From positions 3,868 to 67,867 of the forward strand of contig JALOQC010000017.1 of the NCBI GenBank assembly GCA_025453555.1: 64,000 bases of DNA. Direction: 5' to 3'. Shown here one piece after another: positions 46,372-55,537 of this stretch (position 1 is its first letter; the number at the start of each line of letters is the position of its first letter). This DNA comes from Myxococcota bacterium (GTDB lineage Bacteria > Myxococcota_A > Polyangia > Polyangiales > Houyiibacteriaceae). Under the pieces are notes generated by a model. The model saw nothing but the letters and a program-made list of their open reading frames with translations, was not told where the DNA came from and did no database searches. Both the position numbers and the translations under genes were made by a program.

Positions 46372-46486
46372 GCGCACGGGAATCGTTCGACTCCGCGCGC
46401 CCGCACGGTCCGATGGTCTCGCGGAGTCGTTCGCCTTCGCGGACGTTCGTGTCCGCTTCGTCGGAGATCGTGGTGTTCGAGGGTGC

Positions 46487-47644
46487 TCACGCCGCGTGGG
46501 CGACCGGCTCCGCGAGCAAGCCCCGCAGCAAGACCACGATGCCGATCGCGGACGAGACGCCGCCCAGCGAGAGGAACGCCGAGGGCCCGCCGAGCTCGGC
46601 GACCATCGGATGGCTGACGAGCGGTGACGCGAATTGCCCGAAGAACACGCCCATCACGACCACGCCGATCGCGGTCGCGCGGTGCGCGGGTGCGGCGAGG
46701 CGCACCGTCCACTGGCTGAGGTTCGGCATCATCAGGCCCATGCCGACGCCGGCCACCGCGATCGCGACGAGCACGCCCGCGTAGCTCGACACGAGGCCCA
46801 CACCCGCGAGCCCGAGGCCCATCGCGAAGAAGGTCGCGCCCAGCAGCACGAAGCTCCCGTAGCGCACCACGAGCTTGCCGAAGACGAGGCTCACGAGCCC
46901 GCCCGTCAACGTGCCGACCGCGATGGCGACGCCGGCCGCGCTGCCGCCGAGGTGGAGCCGGCGCTCGAGGTCGAAGGGGACCTGCACCGGGATCGTGTAG
47001 AAGACGATCATCGCCGCGAAGGCCGCGAAGCCGAGGCCGAAGATCGCGAGCCACGGGGTCTCGCCGTCGAGGTGGGAGGTCGTGGCGCTCGCGACCGCCG
47101 TCGGACGCGGGAGCACGAGGGCGAGCAAGGTCACCGGGACCGCGGCGAGGTACACGACGTACGGGCCACGCCACGACCAGTCCGCGAGCGCGCCGCCCGC
47201 GAGCAGGAAGAGCACGCCTCCGAACGACATGAACGACGCCTGCATGCCGAGGAAGCGGCCGCGCTCGAGGCCGTCGAAGTAGTCGGCGATGAGCGCGGTC
47301 GCGCTCGTCATCACCGCCGCGACGGAGACCCCGAGCAGCGCGCGGCTCACGAGCAACGCGTGCAGGTCGTCGAGGTAGAGCCCGGCGCTTCCGGTGAGCG
47401 CGTAGACCGCCGCGCCGACCGCCAGCACGCGACGCCGATCGACCCGGTCGACGACGCGCCCGAGCGGGATCGCGAGCAGCGCGATCGCGAGCCCCGGCAG
47501 CGTGAGCAGGAGCCCGACCAGCGTCGGATCCGCGCCGTCGAAGTGGCGCTGCATCGAAGGCAACGCGGGCGCGATCGTGGCGCTCGACATCACGGTCAGG
47601 CTCGACGCCGCGAGGAGGGTCAGCCGGCCGGTACACGAGAGCAT
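46487..47644 (-). CDS. MFS transporter
   Basis: About 12 hydrophobic segments and an MFS-like loop motif PLGRVVDRVDRRRVL between TM2 and TM3. Start taken at MLSCTG. Confidence 0.8.
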   Translation of the reverse strand: MLSCTGRLTLLAASSLTVMSSATIAPALPSMQRHFDGADPTLVGLLLTLPGLAIALLAIPLGRVVDRVDRRRVLAVGAAVYALTGSAGLYLDDLHALLVSRALLGVSVAAVMTSATALIADYFDGLERGRFLGMQASFMSFGGVLFLLAGGALADWSWRGPYVVYLAAVPVTLLALVLPRPTAVASATTSHLDGETPWLAIFGLGFAAFAAMIVFYTIPVQVPFDLERRLHLGGSAAGVAIAVGTLTGGLVSLVFGKLVVRYGSFVLLGATFFAMGLGLAGVGLVSSYAGVLVAIAVAGVGMGLMMPNLSQWTVRLAAPAHRATAIGVVVMGVFFGQFASPLVSHPMVAELGGPSAFLSLGGVSSAIGIVVLLRGLLAEPVAHAA

Positions 47645-47740
47645 GGCTCTCGGTCGACCGAGCGGTGTTCTCGTTACGGATTCTCCGCCTCCCGCGAGGG
47701 GCGGTCCCACGGGGCGTGAAGCTCCGATGGGGCGTCTCCT

Positions 47741-48475
47741 TCAAACGTCGAGGTCGAGGCGTACGACGGTGCGGGTCGGATCGACCGGATTCGGCACCCG
47801 CTGAATGGTGACGCGCTCGGTCTCGGAGCGGCCGAGGGTGTCGCCGGTCGGCAGGCGCATCTCGGGCTGCGTGTAGAACCAACGCCCGACGCCGAAGAGG
47901 AAATCGAGGGCGCCGCGGCCGTTCACCGAGGCCGTCACGTAGACGTCCTCACTGCCGTGGCGCTCGAGCCCGTGGGTGAGGAACGACATGCGGTCCTCGC
48001 TCTCGCGCGCGGACGTGATGTCGACCGCGACCTCGAAGGGCAGCTCGCCGCTCTCTGCCGCGAGCTTCGCGAAGTCGATCACGAGACCGGGGCGGTGGAA
48101 GATCACGCCCGGCGCGAGGGATGCGGAGGGCGCGCCCGTGGCTTCGAGGATGGCGGCCACGATCCCCAGCATCACGCGGTCGCGCTGCTGAGTGTCGCCA
48201 GCGAGGCTGCGGCCGGTGACGAGCAGGTGCGCGCGCGAATCGCGGATGAGCGCGGGGTCGATCGCGAGCGGACCGAACGCCGGCTCGGCGGCCGCGGGGT
48301 GCGGCGCCGGCATCAGGCCGAGGTGCACGTCGCCTCCGCCTTCGACGTCGAACGACGTCACGTCGCCGGTGCCGACGACGCGGAGCGAGACGCCGTAGCG
48401 TGCCGCCGCGGTGGCGATCGCGACGGCGTCGGGCGGTTGGGGGTGGGTGAGCAGGACGGCGGCGAGGTCGATCAT
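47741..48475 (-). CDS. Hypothetical protein (244 aa)
   Basis: The internal start MIDLAAVLLTHPQPPD... gives a protein-like sequence to the stop. The upstream ORF portion is Arg-rich. It is divergent from the AraC-type gene. Confidence 0.55.
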   Translation of the reverse strand: MIDLAAVLLTHPQPPDAVAIATAAARYGVSLRVVGTGDVTSFDVEGGGDVHLGLMPAPHPAAAEPAFGPLAIDPALIRDSRAHLLVTGRSLAGDTQQRDRVMLGIVAAILEATGAPSASLAPGVIFHRPGLVIDFAKLAAESGELPFEVAVDITSARESEDRMSFLTHGLERHGSEDVYVTASVNGRGALDFLFGVGRWFYTQPEMRLPTGDTLGRSETERVTIQRVPNPVDPTRTVVRLDLDV

Positions 48476-48619
48476 GATCGAACGCGTGCGTACCACGACG
48501 AGCGAATGTCGCGCGACGCGCTTCTGCTTCGTGGTCGCACTTCGACCTGGTGGTACCGCTTCGTGGTCGCACCGTCGTGTGGTCGCACGACGACCTGGTC
48601 GCACTGCTACGCTCCGCGC

Positions 48620-49444
48620 GTGTTCGTGCGACGCGAGCCTTCCGCAGCGCTGCGGCCCTTCGTCACGACGATGTGGGCCCAGCGGGTACCGACGCCGAGC
48701 GCTGCGCACCCGGGTGAGCTCCTCGATCCTCGAGGCGCGCTCGAGCACGTGCTGCCGACCGGCGCCGTGCACGTCGTGTTTCGGCTCGGCGGCTCACCGC
48801 TGCGCGTGCTGGACGCGCGCGGCCGGGAGACCCGCGTCGTCGGAGCGGTCGTCGGAGGACCGCGCGCGAGCGCGTACGTCAAGGACGTCTCCGGCGCGGA
48901 AGATCTCGTCGGCGTGCAGCTCCGTGTCGGGGCAGCGGCGTTGATCTCTCCTGGCGCCGCGCACGCGCTCGCCGACGCGCACACGCCGCTCGAGGCGCTC
49001 TGGGGCCCCGATGCGGAGCGGCTGCGCGCACAGCTCGCGGAAGAGCCGTCGCTCGTGCGGCGCCTCGATCGTCTGGAGGCGGCGCTGCTCAGCCGTGCGC
49101 GCCACGTCACACTCCGACCGGAGCTCGCGCACGCCATCGCGCTTCTCGCGCGTGGTCGATCGCTCGCGGACGCGTGCCATGCGGCGAACCTGCACGAGCG
49201 CCGCTTTCGCGACGTGTTCACGGACGCGGTCGGGCTCCCGCCGAAGACCTTCGCGCGCGTGGCACGCCTCGGTCGAGCGCTCGGTGCGTTGATGGATCCG
49301 ACCCCGAGCCTCGCGACGATCGCGATCGAAGCGGGCTTCGCGGATCAAGCGCATCTCCAACGCGAGATGAAGGCGATCACGGGCCTGACCCCGGCGGTCT
49401 ACCGCAGCCGGCGACCGCGTCATCCGCACCACGTGCGTGCGTGA
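48620..49444 (+). CDS. AraC-family transcriptional regulator
   Basis: C-terminal AraC HTH: LADACHAANLHERRFRDVFTDAVGLPPKTFARVARLGRAL...IAIEAGFADQAHLQREMKAITGLTPAVYR. A GTG start was chosen at 48620, but the start is uncertain. Confidence 0.8.
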   Translation: MFVRREPSAALRPFVTTMWAQRVPTPSAAHPGELLDPRGALEHVLPTGAVHVVFRLGGSPLRVLDARGRETRVVGAVVGGPRASAYVKDVSGAEDLVGVQLRVGAAALISPGAAHALADAHTPLEALWGPDAERLRAQLAEEPSLVRRLDRLEAALLSRARHVTLRPELAHAIALLARGRSLADACHAANLHERRFRDVFTDAVGLPPKTFARVARLGRALGALMDPTPSLATIAIEAGFADQAHLQREMKAITGLTPAVYRSRRPRHPHHVRA

Positions 49445-49550
49445 CGCGGTCGACGCTCCGACACCGACGAAGCCTGGACGATCGCCGATTCGTTCAAGAC
49501 GCGGCCGCGAGACCACGCCATCGTGCGGTCGACCACGAAAGGAAGGAACC

Positions 49551-49991
49551 ATGTCCGTGCACGAGCTCTTCGCCTACCTCCGCGTCCGCAACGCCGGCGC
49601 CGCGATCGACTTCTACACGCGCGCCTTCGGGGCGACGGAGAAGTTCCGCCTCACCGAGCCCGGAGGTCGCATCGGCCACGTCGAGCTGCTCTTCGGCGCG
49701 CACACCGTCATGCTCTCGGAGGAGTTCCCCGAATTCGGCCTCGTCGGACCCGAGACCCTCGGCGGCACGGCGGCGTCGCTTCACCTGCACGTCGACGACT
49801 GCGACGCCTGGATCGAACGTGCGGTCGCGGCGGGCGCGACGCTCGTGCGCGGTCCGAGCGATCAGTTCTACGGCGAGCGCGGCGGGACGGTGCGCGATCC
49901 CTTCGGGCACGAATGGATGATCGGCCACGAGATCGAGAAGGTGACTCCCGAGGAGATGCAGCGTCGATACGACGCGATGATGAAAGGCTGA
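49551..49991 (+). CDS. VOC/glyoxalase-family (PhnB-like) protein
   Basis: MSVHELFAYLRVRNAGAAIDFYTRAFGA...GHVELLFGAHTVMLSEEFPE...FYGERGGTVRDPFGHEWMI. The RBS-like sequence GAAAGGAAGGAACC precedes the ATG. Confidence 0.8.
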   Translation: MSVHELFAYLRVRNAGAAIDFYTRAFGATEKFRLTEPGGRIGHVELLFGAHTVMLSEEFPEFGLVGPETLGGTAASLHLHVDDCDAWIERAVAAGATLVRGPSDQFYGERGGTVRDPFGHEWMIGHEIEKVTPEEMQRRYDAMMKG

Positions 49992-50008
49992 GCGCCCGCC
50001 TCCGCCGC

Positions 50009-50893
50009 TCAGCGCGTCGCGAGCTTCGGCTCCGACACCCGATCGTGCACGAGGAAGATCCCGAGCAACACCGCCATCGCGGCGATGCCCGCCACGCCGA
50101 AGAACGGGCGCTGCCACTCGTTCGCGCCCCACGCGAGCTCCGCCGCGGGCACGACGAGCGCCAGCAAGGTGCCGCGGAAGAGCGCGACCACCACCACCGA
50201 GCGGCTGCGCGCGCGCAGGTAGGTGAGCACCGGCGAGGCGACGAGGCACCACACGAACACGCACGCGACGCCGACCAGCGGCTGTTCGGGGAAGTGCAGG
50301 CCACACGCGACGGGCGGCGCGAGCCAGGCCGCCTCCGCGAGACCGGAGAGCAGCGCGCGTCGCCAGAAGCCGCCGCGGATCTCGCGGAAGAGGAAGCCAC
50401 GAAAGCCGAGCTCGCCCGCGAGCGCGACGAGCAGGTTGATCGTGAGCCCGGCGGGCAGTCCTTGGACGACGAGCCAGAACCAGAGCGGGCTCGGCGGCGG
50501 GGTCTCGCGTACGTGCCGATCGAACGCTTCGAGCTGATCGGGCGTGAGCAGCGCGCGCTTGTTCGCGACGTAGGTGGTCGCGTCGAGCACCGGCTCCGCG
50601 CCGAAGAAGAGCCACGCGAAGAGCACCCCGAGCGCGAGGAGCAGCACCGGCGCGAGCCAGGCGACGAGCCACCAACGACCGAAGCGCAGCTCGAGCCCGA
50701 GCGGCTCCATCACGGGCTGCTTGAGCACGGGACCCTGCACGAAGAGCGTCGCGAGCAGCACCGGCAAGAGGTGCACGATCGCGAGCGCGCGCGCCCAGGG
50801 CGTCGTCCACACGTCGAGGAAGAGCAACGTGACGGCGAGCCCGCCCCCGTGGGCGAGGCCGAAGAAGATGGCGAACATCTTGGGCCGCGTCAT
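50009..50893 (-). CDS. CPBP-family intramembrane glutamic endopeptidase (CAAX protease-like)
   Basis: Multi-TM protein with AGELGFRGFLFREI (EExxxR-type motif 1 variant) and downstream His-containing TM motifs. Confidence 0.7.
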   Translation of the reverse strand: MTRPKMFAIFFGLAHGGGLAVTLLFLDVWTTPWARALAIVHLLPVLLATLFVQGPVLKQPVMEPLGLELRFGRWWLVAWLAPVLLLALGVLFAWLFFGAEPVLDATTYVANKRALLTPDQLEAFDRHVRETPPPSPLWFWLVVQGLPAGLTINLLVALAGELGFRGFLFREIRGGFWRRALLSGLAEAAWLAPPVACGLHFPEQPLVGVACVFVWCLVASPVLTYLRARSRSVVVVALFRGTLLALVVPAAELAWGANEWQRPFFGVAGIAAMAVLLGIFLVHDRVSEPKLATR

Positions 50894-51088
50894 CGCGCGG
50901 GGCGGATAGCAGGAAGCACCACGGGTGACGAGCGCTCGCCGGCTCGCGGGCGTGGTCGGAGTCGTGCGCGTCGAACGCGGATCGCACCGCGTGGTCGGAG
51001 TCGAGCGCGTCGAGCGAGGATCGCACCGCGTGCTCTTCGTCGAGGTCGGCGCGGCCGAGATCGCGCGCCGAAGCGGGCGTGACGATGC

Positions 51089-52537
51089 TCAACGCGTCGG
51101 CGGTGCCACGATCGCGCGCCGCAGCTCCGCGAGCGGCGCGTCGTCGGCGAGCTCGAGATCGCGCGCTCCGAAGCTCACGCCGATCGACCGGAGCAGCGCG
51201 TCGGTGTCGGGGAACTCTTCTTGTGCGCCGTAGCGCTCGGCGAGCGGCAGCAGCACCGGCTCGCCGAGGAGTCGATCGCACTCCGCGAGCAGATCGCGTC
51301 CGTGCCACACCTCGCGGGTCGACCAGCGCGCGCGGCTCGCCGCGAGCACGCCGTCGAGCGTGTGCCCTCGACGCCGCAGCGCGAGATCCGCCTCCAGCGC
51401 CCACGCGGTGCCGGCCCAATACACGCGCCGAAACGCGCCCGTCCGCATCATGTCGCGCGCCTCGCGCCAGAGTGTGCGCCCCGAGCCGACCACGCGACCG
51501 CGCTCGAAGCCGCTCGCGATCGCAGCCCACGCGTCGTCCTCGGAGATCAAGCCCCCGCGCGCGCGGAGGATCTCTTGGAAGTACGTCGCGAGCCCCTCGC
51601 TGATCCAACGATCTTCTTCGTACATCCGCGGCATCGCGAGGTGGCTGAGCTCGTGGGTCGCGGTCCAGTCGCGCACGAGCGCCTCTTCCGGGATCTCGTC
51701 GTGCACGAGGAGCATCACGGACGGACCGCCGCCGCGTCGCACGAGCCCGAACGCGACGGGCCGCCACCCGGGACCCGAGGGAATCACCACGACGTGCAGG
51801 CGCTCCACCGGGAAGCCGTCGCCGAAGGTGTCGACTGCGCGGATCGCGGCGCGCAGCCAGCGCTCGATCCCGTCGCGCGTCACCGCGAGCGAGCCGTCGA
51901 AGATCGCGACCTCGACGTCGGTGCCGCTCTCCGAGAAGCGCAGCGGCTCCGCGCGCACGAACGCGAGGTTGCCCGGCACCGCGAGCGCGTCGGTCGAGAG
52001 CTCCGAGGGCTCGCGCGAGTCGTCGCGGGACTCGACCCCGTCGTCGCGCTCGTCGTCGAGCCAGGGCGCCGAGGCGTGCAGGCCGGGCGGGAGCTCGACG
52101 CGTACGCGCGCCGGAATCACGCCGGCAGGACGCCACAAGAGCAGACCCGGAGGCACCAGCGCTTCACCGCCGCGCCGCACGACGTCGCGCCCCCACGCCG
52201 CGCGCGCGAGGTCGATCTCCCAACGCGCACACTCGCCCGGCGCGAGCCGCGAGAGGTCGAGCACGTCTCCACGAAGCAGGGGCGCGCCGTCGTCGCTGCG
52301 TGCGTCGACGAGCAGCTCCGCGGCGGGCGCCGGCGCGATCAGACGATCGGGCGCAGGACCGTCGAAGCACGCCCGAACGTTCGCTCGGGTCAGCGACGCG
52401 TCGACCTTCAGCGTGTACGAGATCCCGACGAGCGTGGGCTCCGCGAGCTCGTCGGGAGGCGTGGACGCAGCTCCGCACGCCCCGAGCGCGAGGAGCCCGA
52501 GGAGCCACGAGGTCGGCGCGAGGAGGTGGGTGCGCAT
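51089..52537 (-). CDS. Putative zinc metallopeptidase lipoprotein (HExxH...E gluzincin-like, M61/M1-like)
   Basis: MRTHLLAPTSWLLGLLALGACGAAS is a lipobox. WTATHELSHLAMPRMYEEDRWISEGLATYFQ provides HExxH plus a downstream E. Confidence 0.7.
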   Translation of the reverse strand: MRTHLLAPTSWLLGLLALGACGAASTPPDELAEPTLVGISYTLKVDASLTRANVRACFDGPAPDRLIAPAPAAELLVDARSDDGAPLLRGDVLDLSRLAPGECARWEIDLARAAWGRDVVRRGGEALVPPGLLLWRPAGVIPARVRVELPPGLHASAPWLDDERDDGVESRDDSREPSELSTDALAVPGNLAFVRAEPLRFSESGTDVEVAIFDGSLAVTRDGIERWLRAAIRAVDTFGDGFPVERLHVVVIPSGPGWRPVAFGLVRRGGGPSVMLLVHDEIPEEALVRDWTATHELSHLAMPRMYEEDRWISEGLATYFQEILRARGGLISEDDAWAAIASGFERGRVVGSGRTLWREARDMMRTGAFRRVYWAGTAWALEADLALRRRGHTLDGVLAASRARWSTREVWHGRDLLAECDRLLGEPVLLPLAERYGAQEEFPDTDALLRSIGVSFGARDLELADDAPLAELRRAIVAPPTR

Positions 52538-52909
52538 GCGCGGGCTTCGGAGAGTCGCACGACGCGCGACGGCGTTTCCTCCCTCCGAGTGCGTCTCCCG
52601 GTCGAGGCGAAATTCGAAACGGTTGCGAAGGTTTACGGCGTCGACGACTTCGCCGCGTCCGGTCGCTCCGATCCCCGCGCGATCCGAACCACCCGTTCGG
52701 CCGTAACGCGCACCGAGCGTCGGCGTAGACGACCCGCGCGCCCTCTCGGGCCCGATTCGTAAGACACTTGAACCCACGAACCGCGCTGACATACGCTCGC
52801 GCCGGATTCGTGAGAATCGACTTCCCTCGGGCGAACACCCGCGGGCGCATCGCTGGACTGACCTGCCTCGGTGATGCGGTGAGTGAACCGTACGTTTGGA
52901 GGTTTGGAT

Positions 52910-53176
52910 ATGAACTCGGCTCTCAAGCACACCCTCGTCGCCATGGCTACCGCTGCGCTCGGCTTCAGCGTCGGCTGCGGCGGCGGTTCGGAGGAGCCGG
53001 CGGCGGAAGAGACGTCGACCGGTGGTGAGGAAGCGACGGAGGCGTCGTGCGGCGGCGCGGCTGGCGGTGAGGCCGGCGGCGAGGCGTCGTGCGGCGGTGA
53101 GGCCGGCGGCGGCGAGGCCGGCGCGGGCGCGGAGAGCGCCGGCGAGGCGTCCTGCGGCGAAGGCTCCTGCGGCTGA
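52910..53176 (+). CDS. Small Glu/Gly-rich lipoprotein with four E-x-S-C-G motifs
   Basis: MNSALKHTLVAMATAALGFSVGCGGG is a lipobox. It is followed by ...EATEASCGGAAGGEAGGEASCGGEAGGGEAGAGAESAGEASCGEGSCG and then a hairpin terminator. Confidence 0.6.
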   Translation: MNSALKHTLVAMATAALGFSVGCGGGSEEPAAEETSTGGEEATEASCGGAAGGEAGGEASCGGEAGGGEAGAGAESAGEASCGEGSCG

Positions 53177-53194
53177 TCGAACCTCCGCTTTCTG

Positions 53195-53240
53195 GAACGA
53201 AGACGCCGCGACCGAGAGGCCGCGGCGTTTTCGTTTCCGT
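53195..53240 (+). terminator. Rho-independent-type terminator
   Basis: ACGCCGCG (53203-53210) pairs with CGCGGCGT (53221-53228), extended by GAACGAAG/TTTCGTTTC. The loop is 10 nt and is followed by TTTTCGTTTCC. It lies 19 nt after the stop of the small lipoprotein gene. Confidence 0.65.
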
Positions 53241-53426
53241 CCGCTTCTCCGAGGGTCTGTCGCCAGACTCCCGGGCGGCTTCCTCGCGCGGCGGTCGGCG
53301 CGGTGTCCCGTCGCAGTGAGCGCGCCGTGATCTCCATCCCGCCCGTCGCTCCGCGGGCGGGGCCGACGGGGTCCGCCCGACGCTGGCGCCCGTCGAGGCG
53401 GCGCTCGCGTATCCTGCGCCCCACCC

Positions 53427-55451
53427 ATGAGCGCCGAGGTCCTCCTGCCGTCCCGGAGCGCCGATCCCGTCGAACGACGCGCGTTCACGCGGGTTCTGCT
53501 GCGAGGCTTCGTCCTCGCCGCGCTCTACGTCGTCTCGGGCCGCCTCGGGCTCGCGCTCGCGCACGAGCAAGACAACGCGACGCTCTTCTGGCCGCCGACC
53601 GGCGTCGCGCTCGCGTCGCTCGTCGTGTTCGGCGTGCGCTACTGGCCTGCGGTGCTCGTCGGCTCGGTGACCGTCAACCTGATGATCGGCACCGCGCCGC
53701 TCGTCGCGCTCGCGATGGGCACGGGCAACACGTCGGAGGCCGTCGTCGGCGCGCTCCTGCTCGCGCGCCTCGGCTTCGCGCCGAGCTTCGACACGCGTCG
53801 CCACGTGCTCGCGCTCTTCGGCGTGGCGCTCGTGGCCTCGACGATCAGCACGGCGCTCGGCGTGGGCGCGCTGCGGCTCTCCGACACCATCGACGACGCG
53901 ATGGTCGGCTCGGTCGCGCTCACGTGGTGGCTCGGCAACGTCGGGGGCGCGATCGTGGTCACGCCGCTCGTGCTGCTCGCGACCTGTGAGCCGGGCGCCT
54001 GGCGCGCGCTCGTGGGCCGCGTCGACACGTGGGCGATCCTCGGCGCGACCTTCGCCACCGCGCTCGCTGCGTTCACCGGGCTCGGCGTCGGTCAGTGGGC
54101 GTTGCTCGTCGCGTTCCTGCCGTTCCCCTTCCTCGTCTGGGCGGGGCTCTCGCTCGGACCGCGCGGCGCGATGGTAGGCGGCGCCGTGGTCGCGGTGATC
54201 GCGGTGGTCGGCACCGCGCGTGGGCACGGCGCGTTCGCGAGCTTCGAGCCCGACGCGCGGCTGCTCACCCTCTGGGCCTACGCGGCGACGATGGGCGCGG
54301 CGGCGTCGATCCTCGCCGCTGCGGTGGCGGAGCGCGAGCGCGCGGAGAAGGAGCGGCTCGCGGTGGAGAAGGCGCAGCACGCGCTCGACGTGCGGGTGCG
54401 CGACACCCAGCGCCTCGAAGGGCTCGGTCTGCTCGCGAGCGGCGTCGCGCACGACTTCAACAACATCCTCGCCGCGATCCGCGTGAACGCGGAGCTGCTG
54501 GAGCGGCGCGCGCGCGACGCCGAGCAGGCGCACCTCGTCGGCGAGATCGATCACGCGGTCGCACGTGCGTCGGAGCTCTGTCGACAGCTCCTCGCCTACG
54601 CGGGCCGCACGCCGACGCCGCTCGGGCCGGTGTCGCTCCCGAGCGTGATCGACGACGTGTGCCGTCTCGCGTCGCCGTCGATTCCGAAGGACGTGAGGCT
54701 CGAGATCGACGCGCCGGACGATCTGCCGTCCGTGAACGGCGAAGCCTCGCAGCTCCGTCAGGTGCTCTTGAACCTCGTGCTCAACGCGGTCGACGCGATC
54801 GGCGCGCGCAAGGGAACCGTGCGCGTCGAGGCGCGCGCGGAGGACGAGCTCGTGCGGCTCGTCGTGGAGGACGACGGCGACGGAATGGATCCCGACACCC
54901 TGGCGCGGATCTTCGATCCCTTCTTCACCACGAAGTCGAAGGGGCGAGGGCTCGGGCTCGCGGCGGTCGCGGGCATCGTGAAGTCGCACGAGGGCACGCT
55001 CGACGTGACGAGCACGCCGGGTCGCGGCACCCGCTTCGAGCTCGTGCTGCGTCGCGCGAAGGAAGCCCTTGCGCAGACCGTCGAGCCGGCGGCGGCCCCC
55101 GCGAAGAAGACGTCGTTGCGGGTGCTGGTGGCGGACGACGAGGCGCCGATCCGCGACGTGGTGCGGCTGACGCTCGAGCTCGAAGGTCACGCGGTGGAGT
55201 GCGTCGCGGACGGTGAGCTCGCGGTGGAGCGCGTGCGCACGGGCGAGTTCGACGTGGTGCTGCTCGACCTCACGATGCCGGGGCACGGCGGCGTGGAGGC
55301 GTTGCGCGCGATCCGAGAAGGTCGTCCGACGATGGGCGCGGTGTTGATGAGCGGCTACGACGAGTCGCAGCTCGCGCACGACGAGGTCTTCCTCGCCAAG
55401 CCGTTCACGATCGACGCGCTCCTCGATGCGCTCGCGCGCGCCACCGCATAG
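53427..55451 (+). CDS. Hybrid sensor histidine kinase (MASE1-like membrane sensor, HisKA, HATPase_c, receiver)
   Basis: N-terminal multi-TM region with LFWPPTGVALA (MASE1-like), H-box GVAHDFNNIL, N box LLNLVLNAVDA, G boxes DDGDGMD and GRGLGLA, and a receiver domain VLVADDE...LLDLTMPG. Confidence 0.9.
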   Translation: MSAEVLLPSRSADPVERRAFTRVLLRGFVLAALYVVSGRLGLALAHEQDNATLFWPPTGVALASLVVFGVRYWPAVLVGSVTVNLMIGTAPLVALAMGTGNTSEAVVGALLLARLGFAPSFDTRRHVLALFGVALVASTISTALGVGALRLSDTIDDAMVGSVALTWWLGNVGGAIVVTPLVLLATCEPGAWRALVGRVDTWAILGATFATALAAFTGLGVGQWALLVAFLPFPFLVWAGLSLGPRGAMVGGAVVAVIAVVGTARGHGAFASFEPDARLLTLWAYAATMGAAASILAAAVAERERAEKERLAVEKAQHALDVRVRDTQRLEGLGLLASGVAHDFNNILAAIRVNAELLERRARDAEQAHLVGEIDHAVARASELCRQLLAYAGRTPTPLGPVSLPSVIDDVCRLASPSIPKDVRLEIDAPDDLPSVNGEASQLRQVLLNLVLNAVDAIGARKGTVRVEARAEDELVRLVVEDDGDGMDPDTLARIFDPFFTTKSKGRGLGLAAVAGIVKSHEGTLDVTSTPGRGTRFELVLRRAKEALAQTVEPAAAPAKKTSLRVLVADDEAPIRDVVRLTLELEGHAVECVADGELAVERVRTGEFDVVLLDLTMPGHGGVEALRAIREGRPTMGAVLMSGYDESQLAHDEVFLAKPFTIDALLDALARATA

Positions 55452-55455
55452 CCGC

Positions 55456-55537
55456 GCGCACGTTCACTCGCGCACGTTCACTCGCGCACGTTCACTCGCG
55501 CACGTTCACTCGCGCACGTTCACTCGCGCACGTTCAC
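55456..55537. repeat. 14-nt tandem repeat x5.8 derived from the last codons plus stop codon of the L,D-transpeptidase gene
   Basis: GCGCACGTTCACTC units start at 55456, 55470, 55484, 55498 and 55512, with a partial unit at 55526. Unit 5 holds the real stop (TCA at 55520-55522), and units 5-6 encode ...VNVRE*. The repeat fills almost the whole 68-nt convergent spacer. Confidence 0.95.
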
